DNA of 64,000 nt from the NCBI RefSeq assembly GCF_033153115.1, contig NW_026889782.1, forward strand, positions 25,110,001 through 25,174,000, given 5' to 3'. Origin of the DNA: Saccostrea echinata (Eukaryota). The translations under genes were made by a program, and so were the position numbers. The notes under the pieces were generated by a model that made no database searches, had not been told where the DNA came from, and saw only the letters and a program-made list of their open reading frames with translations. Of the stretch, positions 53,201 through 64,000 are shown one piece after another. The first letter of the stretch is position 1. Each line of letters opens with the position of its first letter.

Positions 53201-56200
53201 TGCATGGATGATGCATCTGGACCTACTTATGGACTTGAAAGACTTGGATGCTGAATCTGGGCCATGAATTTCAGATGCTGGAGGAGGTTAAGGTTTTTGG
53301 AGCAGGTTAAAATTTTTGGTGCAGGTGCCCTTTGATAGCAATTTCTAAGTTACTACTGGTCCTAACTTCACCAAACTTGCATGGATGGTGCGTCTTATGA
53401 TACTGATGCACCAGACAGGCTTGAATGCTGAATCTGAGCCATAGGTTTCGGATGCTGGAGGAGGTTAAGGTTTTTGGAGCTGGTTAAAGTTTTGGGAGCA
53501 GGTGCCCTCTGATGATTATATCTTAGTTATTACTGGTCCTAACTTCACCAAACTTGCATGGATGATGCGTCTTATGATACTGATGCACCTGACAGGCATG
53601 AATGCTGAATCTGAGCCATAGGTTTCGGATGCTGGATGAGGTTTTGTTTTTTGGAACAGGTCACATGTTTTATAGGTAATAGTACTGTACTATTTCAAAC
53701 TTGCATAGTTGATTTAACTATAATATAAACTAGTTCTAATTGTAACGGGGACCGTTACAGATGTTCCCCAAACGCTCCCCAACTCCCTTTTTGTGCCAAT
53801 TTCCTTTAAAACTTTTTTTTTTAAGATGCTCAGTTATCGCAGGATTTCATAAAAAAAAATTTAAAAGCTACAATGATATTTTTTGTCATTAAACGCATTG
53901 CAGGCAAACGCACGTGCATACACATGCAAGGTGATCATTGCATGTTGTCTAAACTATTAACATATCTTTATATTCTATAATATAGCTAAGAATCAATAAA
54001 AAGTCATAAAAATATAAATGTTACCGTTTTTCAAATACATTGTTCATATTTCGCATTGCACTTGCGCAAATACATGCAAGCATGCCCTTGCATTCAATCT
54101 TGATAGTGGTATCATGTAGGAATTCATTATTTCTATTCATATTCTAAATTTCATCCTGTTCTGTTGAGAAACAACAAAGTTATAGGCATCTAAAGTTTCA
54201 GCCAATCAGATTGCAGCACACGTAAATTAACATGCTTTTATGATAATTCTTATATTTCATGCTGTAGATCTTCATAATGTATGACTATGTTCAAAATTTC
54301 AAAGGATTATGACGTAAAACAAGAAAGATATTGAGAATTTAGTTTCAGCCAATCAGAGCGAAGCACACGTGCATGCGCGTAAGATCATAAATTAACATGC
54401 TTTTATGATAATTCTTATATTTCATGCTGTAGATCTTCATAATGTATGACTATGTTCAAAATTTCAAAGGATTATGACGTAAAACAAGAAAGATATTGAG
54501 AATTTAGTTTCAGCCAATCAGAGCGAAGCACACGTGCATGCGCGTAAGATCTTGCTATTTTGACCACGTCATCTTGTTGATACTACTAATATATCCATAC
54601 ATTGTGAGTTTCAAAAAATTCCATCAAGAAATAGAAAAGTTAAGGCTTCATTTATTATATTGGTAATTTCACATGTTGCACGTGCGCGCTCTTGCCAGCA
54701 CACGTGCATGTACGTGCTTTCATGAACATTCTTATATATCATGCTGTAGACCTTCATAATGTGTGACTAAGTTCAAAATTTCAAATGATTATGACGTAAA
54801 ACAAAACAGATATTGAGACTTTAGTTTCAGCCAATCAGAGCGAAGCGCACGTGCATGCACGTGAGATCTTGCTATAATGACCATGTCATCTTGTTTATAC
54901 TACTAATATATCCTTACATTATGAGTTTCAAAACATTTCATCAAAAAGGTTACAAACAGTAATCTGGAGATGTTTTTTTTATTTTCAACATTGGAATATC
55001 GCAAATGAAAATGGTGTCGTCAAACAGCCTTCAATGTCTTATCTATTCAAATCCCAACTATATAATAAAACAGTTATGGACTCTTTTGGTGTTGAATATG
55101 GTTTGTTATTCACCCGAAAAATATCCATATTGACCTCAGCTTCGCCTCGGTCAATATGAATATTTTTTTTGGTGAATAACAAACCATATTCAACACCAAA
55201 AGAGTCCATAATTGTATAATATCACATGATATTGTATCATATGATATGATACAATGTTGTATCAAATTATATTGTATCAATTGATACAATATCATATAAT
55301 GTATCAAATATGATAAAATATCATACTATATTATACAATTTAATATCATATGTTACAATATTGTGATGTATTATGTGATATGATATTGTATCATATAATA
55401 CTATATTGTATCATAAATAATGATATAAATTGTATTATGTGATTAAATACAATAATGTATACAATAGGATACAATGTCATATCATATGTTACAATATCAT
55501 ATTGGATCATTATTTATAACAGTATTATATTGTATAATATGATATAAATTGTATCATAGGATGCAATATCATATTTTATATTATTGTATTGATAAACATT
55601 GAATCTTATAATACTATAAAATGAACATATGGTTATCATGCAATTTTTTAACATATGACAATACGATATTGTGTCAAAACAGTATCCATGAATATCCAAG
55701 ATCATTAACAATGATTTTTATATAATATGATAAAGTTGGTCTCAAAAAGGTGATGCTTCCCCTTCATAAAGGTGATGCCTCGTCTCGGTGAGCTTTGTAA
55801 TCTGTGATTACCTATGTTTAAACTTTATAAAGGTACATGTGTACTTAATTCAAGGTGTTTTACATGAATGGTAGAAATGTGGGTGTTACTTTTCACTGCT
55901 TCTCCAAATTATCGTAAGACAGTCGGTGTTAATTTTAGATTAGGTAAAGGTATGATCAAGCATGACAGTGTCACCTGAATAAACAACCCATTACTCTGGT
56001 CCCGTGTCTAACGCCTGGGGCCATTTAAATGACCTAGTAGGTGTTAATTAGGTGACGCTTGCCTGTACACAGCCACTTCAAGGTATCAATAGTAAAAAAC
56101 AATAGATTATGAATAACAGGACCCTAGACTCATTTCGAGCGATCAAGAACTTTGAGCCATCAAGAGTTTCCTGTATATGATTCCATAAAGCTTTCAAAAT

Positions 56201-59200
56201 TTAGAATACACATAATGTTTATCTATTTATACAGAGAGATGATGATGATGAGATTATGAAAGAATTTGAGGAGGTTTGTATTTTCTCTTCCTCTCCGATT
56301 TTCCCTCTGTATTCTCTTTCTAATGCTAGCTTGTTCTCTCTCTCTCTTTCTCTTTCTCTCAGCTACTGACCTTACCCTGTGTGGTGTCCAGAAAAACAAT
56401 ATAAGCTCCACATCTTTCCCTGCTTGCTTTATTTTGATATTTTCCCTGAATTATTACAGATGATGCAACAGAGGCAGGAAAGGCAGTTGGTAAGCATAAT
56501 TGACATAGGTTTGTACTGTGTGTGTCCAGCTCATAAGAATTAAAATACAAAGTTTATACTGTTACTGTGCTAGTAGTAAATCAAGTTTCCATGCATTTGT
56601 GCAAACTATAAACTAGTAATTAGATGTGGTGTGATATTTCAGTTGTCAAGCAATTTTTTTATGATCATAATGATATCAATTGAAAAGTATTGTAAAATAT
56701 GTTCAAGATTCATTTTTGAATTAAGTCTGTTTTTGATAAAAATAATGAAACTAATTAAAAGGAAAAAACTTTATCTTCTGAATCAAGACAACATGATAAA
56801 ATGATCATCCCTCTATCCTGGAAAACAGTAAAGATCACAATAATTAAGTGCTATTCATGGAAGAAACTTGACATGTGAAATACAGAAGTTTATATCTTCT
56901 AGAAAATTGCAGGCATTTCTCAAATGCTTTTCTAGTATTTGTCAATGTTGGTTGGCTTTTCTTTCAAATGTCTTAATATGTACAAGGTTTTGAAAATTAA
57001 TTTTTGATTATCCAAGCAGAAGAATCAGTGGAGCTGTCAAACTGTAATGGATAATTAATTTTCATTTATTTCAATTCTAAATGTTTATAAAATTTAATTA
57101 TGGTAAAAATATCCCCCCCCCCCCCTCAAAAAAAAAAAGAAGAAATTATAAATGTTTTATGTTGGACTTATTTCATACTAAACTATAGATTTCTTTTTGA
57201 AGTTCGCACAGAGTTCATTCCTATACTTTCCAACCAAAGATGAGCCCCAGGTTCAACTCTGCGTTGTGTACGAGAGCCATGGGGGTCTTGCAATTAACAG
57301 GCCATTCAAACTGAATGATACAGTAAAGGTATGTCAAATAGAATGGAGGGGGTTCAAGCTAATACACATCACACTTTTTAACATGATGGGCTGAAGATCC
57401 ACATATAGAATCTTTAAGTTTGACAGGTACGCAAATTGTTATCATCAGTGTAAGAAGAAAAAGTTTTATATTAATTTACAAAATAAATACCAGAGAATAT
57501 ATATGGTTTTTAATTTTCACTTTCATACACATTGATGAGCAATGCCTGTGAATAATGAAGAGTTTAATAAGTTCATATAATTAATTAAAGTGTAACACTG
57601 TTCGTAAATAGGTATTGACAGCCGTATATCTATTTCATCGCCACTATCTCTACAGCCCAAATATAAGCCGCAGACCTCTTACAGTTTTAAGTATTTTGCT
57701 GTAGAGGTCTCACCTGTGTGGATGTACCACTTGCCTCGCTGTGTTACTTGGTCGCGATGAAATTATCAAATGTTATGCTAAATGGATAAACTCAGGTGAC
57801 CTATTGCTATCTGTTTTCGTCCGTCGTCGTGCGTCGTGTGTTAACATTTGAACATTTTTAGCTTCTTCTCTGAAACCACTGAACCAATTTCAACCAAATT
57901 TGGCATATAGCATGTATGGGTGAAGGGGAACAAAAATTGTGAATTTCACGGTCCCTGTCCCCCTGGGGCCTGGGAAGTTGGTCAAAAACCACTAAAATTA
58001 GTGCAATCTTTAAAAATCTTCTTCTTTACTCCTGGACATCAAGTAGTTAAACTGTTGGTATGATCGTAATCAGCATTGAGTTCTCTACCAAAATTGTGAA
58101 ATTTATGGCCCCAGGGTCAGGGGTTCTTGTGCTAGGGCGGGGCTAAACAGGTTATATAGTGAAAATGCATTCTTTCTTTGAAATTCTTCTTTTCTGTTTG
58201 TGAGCATTAAATAAACTAACCAAGTGCAAAGGTAAGTTGAAAATGACCGCCTTTTCCAAAATTGTGAATTTCATGGCCCCAGGGTCAGGGGTTCTAGTGC
58301 TAGGGCGGGGCTATATAGATTATATAGTAAAAAATGAATTATTTCTTTGAAAGTTTTCTTCTTTGCTCCTGAGTATTAAATAAACTAACCACATAATTAC
58401 ATAAGTACTTAATTATGTTGAATAAAGCTACCTCTTCAAAAATTGTGAATTTCATGGCCCCTGGGTTGGGGATTCTGGCGTTAGGGTGAGGCTTTATTGA
58501 ATATATAGTGAAAATGCATAAATTCTTTAAAACTCTTCTTTTCTGCCCCTGAGCATTTAACCAATAAACTATGTACATAGTTATGAGGAGGAAGAATGCC
58601 TCTTTGAGATTTTTGAATTTCAGGGTCCCTGGGTTAGAGATTCTTGTGTTAGGGGGTGGGGGGGGGCTCTGATGTTTATATAGTGAAAATGCTTGAATTC
58701 TTTGAAAATCTTTTCCTTTGTTATTTGGTATAATGCCAATGATCTTAGTATATATTTATGAAAAAACTGCTTCTTCCAAAAATGATTAATTTCCTGTCCC
58801 CTGGGGCAGAGGTACTTTGGGGTAGGGGGGGGGGGGTAACATAGTCTGAAATAATTTAATGCTTTGAAGTTTGCACTTTGGTATTATTCAACAGCATGAT
58901 GAAATAAAATTTTTAAAAATTTCCAAAATTTCGAAAGATGTGGCCCCAGGGTCAGTGGTTCCTGTGGGATGGGGAGCTCAACTATGGACCCGCCCTAACA
59001 TAAGAAGCCCTGACCCAGGGGCCATGAAATTCACTAAAAGTGGAAATGCATTTTCTCTTTGTTGCTCTGATCTACCTCTGGGTTTTAAGTAACCAAAATT
59101 AGCATGCTGAGTGTATAATTATGATAAGCAATGGTGCCTCTTTCAAAATTGTAAATTTCATGGCCTCTAGTTTAAGACATGAATCAAATTCAATTGTTGG

Positions 59201-60177
59201 AAAGTTGTTGCATGATACTCAGGTGACCTATAAGGCCCATGGGCCTCTTGTTATGAAATTATTGGGCTATAGGCTTCAAAATGTAATGTTATCACACACA
59301 AAGAGAGTTGAAAGTGTAAATATTTAGAAATAGAATATGTACATAGAAAAGAAATAAATGCATAAAATCCAAAGACCACGAAAGGAAAACTACACATCAA
59401 AACTACACGTCGAGTTTCATGTGTGCAATTGGGTGTAACTTAATTGAATGGTTTATATAACTGTGTGATGGTGCCCATTTACGAGTAGGGTTCAGCTTTA
59501 AATTGCCCTTTCAATAAATCTTATAGGTATAATCCCTGTTTGCCCTCAATAGATTTGATGATTTGGATTTAAATTTTTAACTTACTTGCAAGGTTAATTG
59601 TATTATAATGAGTAATTAATGCAGTGCAAATCAACACAAAGTACAACAAGTCGTGCAAGTTATTATTAAGTAATTATTTTATATTCTTTTCAGAGCGTTT
59701 TCAGCTGGATATGCGTGGAGATCGATCCTGAAATTCTCCCCCCCGTTTTCCACTTGGAGTGTCGCACACCCACCAACTGCCCTAACCCCAGTTGCCCACA
59801 CATTTATGAACTAAAAAACAACTTCAAAGTGAAAGTGGGGGACTTGCCAAATATATTATACCTGCGTGAAGGGGTAGGTATTTCAGAAACCATCATTAAT
59901 TGACAATGCCCACTAAGAATTGACAATGCCCACTAAGAAAATGCATTTTATACTTGCATATACATTGCTATCACAAAGTAAGGTTCTTTATCATTTTGTA
60001 ATGAAAAGTTGAACACAAGCAAGAATTGCTTTTGCATGAACAGACATAAATTAAGTCTCATAAAAGAATTGATACAAAATTTGAATGAAATTACATGAGG
60101 AAATTTATTCTTCTCTTTTTTTTTAGTATTTTGCCACAGAAGAAACTTTCACTGGATTTGGGGATGTTCTCATGTAA
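44269..60177 (+). CDS. Multi-exon (~20) gene: N-terminal zinc ribbon, ubiquitin/PB1-like domain, disordered micro-exon region with SIM-like motifs, C-terminal UBX-like domain
   Basis: Exons include 44269-44356 (MFCIECG..KFCGSCGAPV), 45988-46264 (ILEVRFLDNRGKRL...), 47994-48023, 48156-48185, 48320-48349, 49704-49763 and 50520-50579 (DI/VILSDSSEDE), 57189-57328 (PTKDEPQVQL..INRPFKLNDTVK), 59694-59873 (SVFSWI..), 60127-60177 (stop). Phases at ~46.3-48.0 kb and ~56.3 kb are not fully resolved. Confidence 0.72.
51817..52549 (+). mobile_element. HINE (intronic)
   Basis: TTAGCTCACCTG..GTGAGC start, GGTGAGCGATGTGGCC..CTTGTT end. Confidence 0.8.
53069..55819 (+). mobile_element. HINE with ~156-bp repeats, containing a nested element with ~162-bp repeats (~53741-55060), a palindromic MITE (~55060-55222) and an ATATC/ATACA-rich tract
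   Basis: TTAGCTCACCGAGACGA / TCGTCTCGGTGAGCT subterminal IR; 3' GTAATC-TGT-GATTAC hairpin. Confidence 0.8.
57791..59252 (+). mobile_element. HINE of the same family as 7863-10910, with diverged Cg170-like repeats
   Basis: CTCAGGTGACCTATTGCTATC..GTCGTCGTGCGTC start; CTCAGGTGACC..AGGCCCATGGGCCTCTTGTT end. Confidence 0.88.
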
Positions 60178-62130
60178 CAAGAGAATATAAATTTGTAGCA
60201 GTTTTTTTTTTCTTTTCCCCATCACATTTGTATAGAGTACCATTTTTCATTATTGAGCATTTGATATCATTATGAGCAGAGATTTTTTTTCATAGACAGC
60301 AATATGGCTGCTTTGTATCAACCATTAATAGAGCGAATAAAAAAACAGAAAATATTATCAATGCATGGATTTGGAAAGGATTAATGTTTGGAATGATCCT
60401 GTACAATTTAATAAACATAAGAAATAACACAGTATTCATTTTCTTCTTTATTATATCTTATTATTATATCAGTGATCAACTGTTTATCCTCAAATTGAAT
60501 GTAAAAAGTGGGTATCTTGACAGAGGAACTATTAAAAATGAATCAAGGTCAGATATAACCAATGTACTATTATTTTTGTTCTCCATCGCCCCAAAGGGAA
60601 TTTTTCACTAAATCCACTTTAATGTGGATAAAAGTACACGATCAAAATACACCTTTTTAGAATTTTAAAATGGTACCTATTTGACCAAAAAGAGTCTTTA
60701 AAATATTTTTGGAAAAGTCAAAATTATAAAAGCCCCAGCAGTATTGGAACTCGTGACATGAAAGATTTGTAGACAAACCGATTGTTATATACCGTTGGTA
60801 ACAATTATGGGTAAGGAATGATTCATAAAATTATACTTGATTCTTCTGGTATATTTTGATCAGAACAATATCCAAAATATGGAGGCATCCCATTACACCT
60901 GAACTTTTTTTTTATTTTGATACTGAAATTTTGACCTTTACAGAGTATCAGTTCACTAATCCTAGTTTCAGAATCTGATTCATTCAAGTATTAATCACCT
61001 TCAAATATCGTTAATCCAACATCTATTTATATTATTATATTGCTTAATCTAGGTTGAAGGACTTACAGTAAAACTCAAATACAGCTTTTTTTTATTATAA
61101 ATTCATACTTCATTAAAGCAAGTTTTATTAATGCATTGGTAAGTTAAGTAGATGTATTGAAATAACCAACCAAAATCACTTATACATGGTGCTTCACTGT
61201 AATCATGTTGTACTTGGTTAGAACGTGAGTTTTTGGCCAAAAAGTTTCGTTCGAAATTCAGTCAAGTTAAACATTAACTTCATTACTATCAAGCGGCATG
61301 GTCTCGCTTATGGTCAAATTTGATATTTCTGCTTTCATTTTTGACAATGCTTTAAAATGCATTTCTAATTATAAACCAACTTTGAGCGTCAGTTACAGAT
61401 ATGAGCAAGATACAGATCTCAAATTTTTCTGTCATGTAAACAAGGCTCCGGTCATGTTTTTGTTTCCATTTGGTCAAAATAGCGAAAAAAGATCTTTTTC
61501 AAACTGATTTTTCTTTCTTCTGATTAGTTTTGAACATAAACAAGTAGTTTCTAGCATTTGTCGGATTCATTTTAGGTCTAAACCTGGAAAATTCAAAATG
61601 TAAACAAAAACATAACTCGAGATTTGTTTACATAACAAAGAATTGTGTGCTATGTATCTCACTTACAACTTGACGACCGATGTTCAAATTTTGGTTGAGC
61701 ATTAGAAATGCCTTACTTAAGTATTTACATTATAACTTTTTAAGCACTCTTCAGTAGTGTCACATTGTCAACAAGTTGTGAAATTGTTATCTGGGAGGCA
61801 TAGTAGTAAGTTGCAGGACTCTTTAAATTTGCATTCACTGGTTAAACTCCCAAGTAATATAAAGAACATTAAAAGAACTACTGGATAATATAAATTAAAA
61901 TTCAATGCATTGATATTTTTTTTATTGTTTTTTTTTTTCATTTGTACATGTTTTACAATTCCCATCCCATATAATATGTTTCCTGATGATGTACAATGCA
62001 CATGTACTTGATGTGTACAAACAGATGTTCATAATTAAACATACACAACCCAGAATTTATAGAATATATTATTAATTATAAGAATAGGATATAAAATACC
62101 CCCCCCCCCCCCAAAAAAAAAGCAAAAAAA

Positions 62131-63505
62131 TTAATGATATATTTGGTGTTCCAATACATCTTTGAGTGCAATATACATAGTTCTGGCTTCTAATATTGTT
62201 GAAGGACGGTAATAGTCTGAGATGATGTCAAAAGCTTCCTTAATGTCATCATCCAAGTCATTTTGAAAGCAGCATTGAGATTTCAGAAAATGAAACCGCT
62301 CATCATTAACATCGATATAATGAAGATAATTTTGGCACTGTGGATTGCCTGAAATAAAAAATGAAATAAAACATCATACACAATTAACTAAACATGTTTT
62401 TCAGTTTTCAATATAAAATTCCTTTGGAAAAATTAGGAAAATACTTTGTATATATTAAATCATTTGTGACCTTGTTGTTCTTAAACGATGTGTTTCATAG
62501 GACATAGGTAAACAATTGCAATTTTTTTCTCTTATAAAAGTATTACACAGCGAAACAAGTCATTTTCTTGTGGGTTAAGCATCTTTCAAAGTCAAGACTT
62601 TCTGATCCGCTCCGCTCTACATAAACCCTTGACCGAATAGGCAGTGTTTGGCTGGGTTAGAAACCTCGCACGCTGGTTGGTGTCGTACAAGTTTGCATGA
62701 TCCAATAAGAAACGTGGTTTCAATAATGATGTTAATTGTGCATTGATCAATGTTGAATCATTGTCAAATAAATTTGAGACGAACTGCCTATTCAATCAAG
62801 GGTTTATGTAGAGAGGAGCAGATCAGAAACTCTTGACTTGGAAAGATGGGGTTAAGAGATTATATATACATGTATGTCAACATATTAAATGATCTTTTAA
62901 AAAGAGACTTTAAATTTCATGCATTTTTAATTCCAACAAATTTTTAACTAAAAGATACTCTGACAGGGGCCAAAATTTTAACTTTCTTTAATTGTTACTA
63001 TAGATATATACATGTACATGCTACTTTAACACAAGAGGAATGGGGAAATGTCTGGTATAAAGCTTTTTTTGTAACACAGTTCCTTGTAAGCAACTTATGA
63101 TGAAATTTCTTGATTTTAAGTTCATTTATACACAATTTTCTATGAGAAAAAAAATCAGTTAACAAATGTACAAAAGTCTGTTGATCCAGCATTGTAGTCT
63201 TTAACAGTGTCCACAAGAGTTACATATAAAAAATTGAATCTAAAGAACTTTCAAATACAAACCTATTTTTACTTTCAGCAAAAAAAAATATGTGAACCGA
63301 AATTTGATCACTTAATTTGTAAATGATTCCAGAATCAAAACAAGTAAACTGACCTAACATTTCAGGAACATGATAAAGGAGCTCAGGTATCCCAGGAACA
63401 ATATCACCTGATTTTTGTTTCCTGATTCTGTGGTTATTCCAGGCAAATTTCACTTCTTCCAATTCTTCTCTGATAATCTGCATGTAGCAGTACTGAACTA
63501 AAGTT
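62131..63505 (-). CDS. 3' exons (63354-63505 and 62131-62348) of an IS3EU-type integrase-core DDE transposase; 5' part outside the window
   Basis: LVQYCYMQIIREELEEVKFAWNNHRIRKQK..PGIPELLYHVPE joined in frame to ..PSTILEARTMYIAL* across a GT-AG intron. Confidence 0.82.
62580..62848. mobile_element. MITE with 8-bp TSD GGGTTAAG (hAT/P-like)
   Basis: ~55-bp TIR CATCTTTC.AAGTCAAGA..CTCTACATAAACCCTTGA; exact TSD on both sides. Confidence 0.88.
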
Positions 63506-63757
63506 CTGAAATGAAACTTGATATTAGTTTCTTGGCTTCAAACATGGATCTGATTGGTTCATTAGCTTTTGATACTTTTGATATTGAATTTAAACCACAC
63601 ATATTTGTGTGATATACCGACAAACCGGTAGCAACTGACAAAGCAAAGACAACAGAAAATATAAACAACAAGAGGCCTTGACAGTCACTTGAGTCCCATA
63701 ACCCTTAGATTGACATGTCAGAGTCTCATGTTTGCATTTTCAGCTTCATTTTGAGTT

Positions 63758-64000
63758 CTAAACCCTTTCTACAACATTTTTGTAAACAATATTTTCTATG
63801 AAAAAATCAATAGACATTCTTCCAAATCTAATGTGAGGAACAAGTGTATTCCAACAAACAGGTTCAGCTCTATTTTCAGATTTCATCCACATAACAACAA
63901 ATTTGAAGAGTTTTTCTTCATGAATGCACATTGAGTCTCTTTTGATTAAAAGAATTAACAGATCTTTATGAAATGTACAAAACAAGTCTGCATTTTCTCT
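63758..64000 (-). pseudogene. BACK-domain fragment (BTBD/kelch-type), next to a HINE end within the transposase intron
   Basis: LLIKRDSMCIHEEKLFKFVVMWMK..LVPHIRFGRMSIDFFIENIV; HINE-like terminus AACAAGAGGCC..CACTTGAG at ~63667. Confidence 0.75.

Larger units (their letters stand above)
41815..64000. mobile_element. Putative giant IS3EU-type DNA transposon (right end outside the window)
   Basis: Candidate left end TATCCCAAATG followed by subterminal repeats; convergent cargo gene and integrase-core transposase; second TIR not visible. Confidence 0.5.

Overview
AT-rich eukaryotic DNA, most likely from an oyster or related bivalve (inferred from the Cg170-like satellite carried in Helentron/HINE elements). 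The window is almost entirely nested transposable elements. (1) 1-13139: a Ty3/Gypsy LTR retrotransposon with LTRs about 99% identical, a tRNA-Leu PBS, a PPT and decayed gag/pol. In the env position it carries a spliced extra ORF encoding Zn fingers plus a KCTD-type BTB domain, and a satellite-bearing HINE is inserted behind that ORF. (2) 13.2-22.5 kb: relics (possible Maverick/viral ORFs, Harbinger, a mariner MITE, HINEs). (3) 22608-34282: an 11.7-kb element with TA TSD and ~190-bp TIRs, encoding an intact 4-exon, 536-aa DD83E (Sailor-type IS630/Tc1/mariner) transposase with a C-terminal SIM-like motif, acidic tract and PHD finger. (4) 35-41 kb: a DIRS/Ngaro relic, a non-autonomous Helitron and a decayed membrane-protein gene. 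(5) 41.8 kb to the window end: a 39-bp minisatellite, then a ~20-exon gene (zinc ribbon, ubiquitin-like, SIM repeats, UBX-like) convergent with an IS3EU-type integrase-core transposase, probably one giant DNA transposon. All exon models were built by eye, and domain calls come from motif recognition, not database searches.
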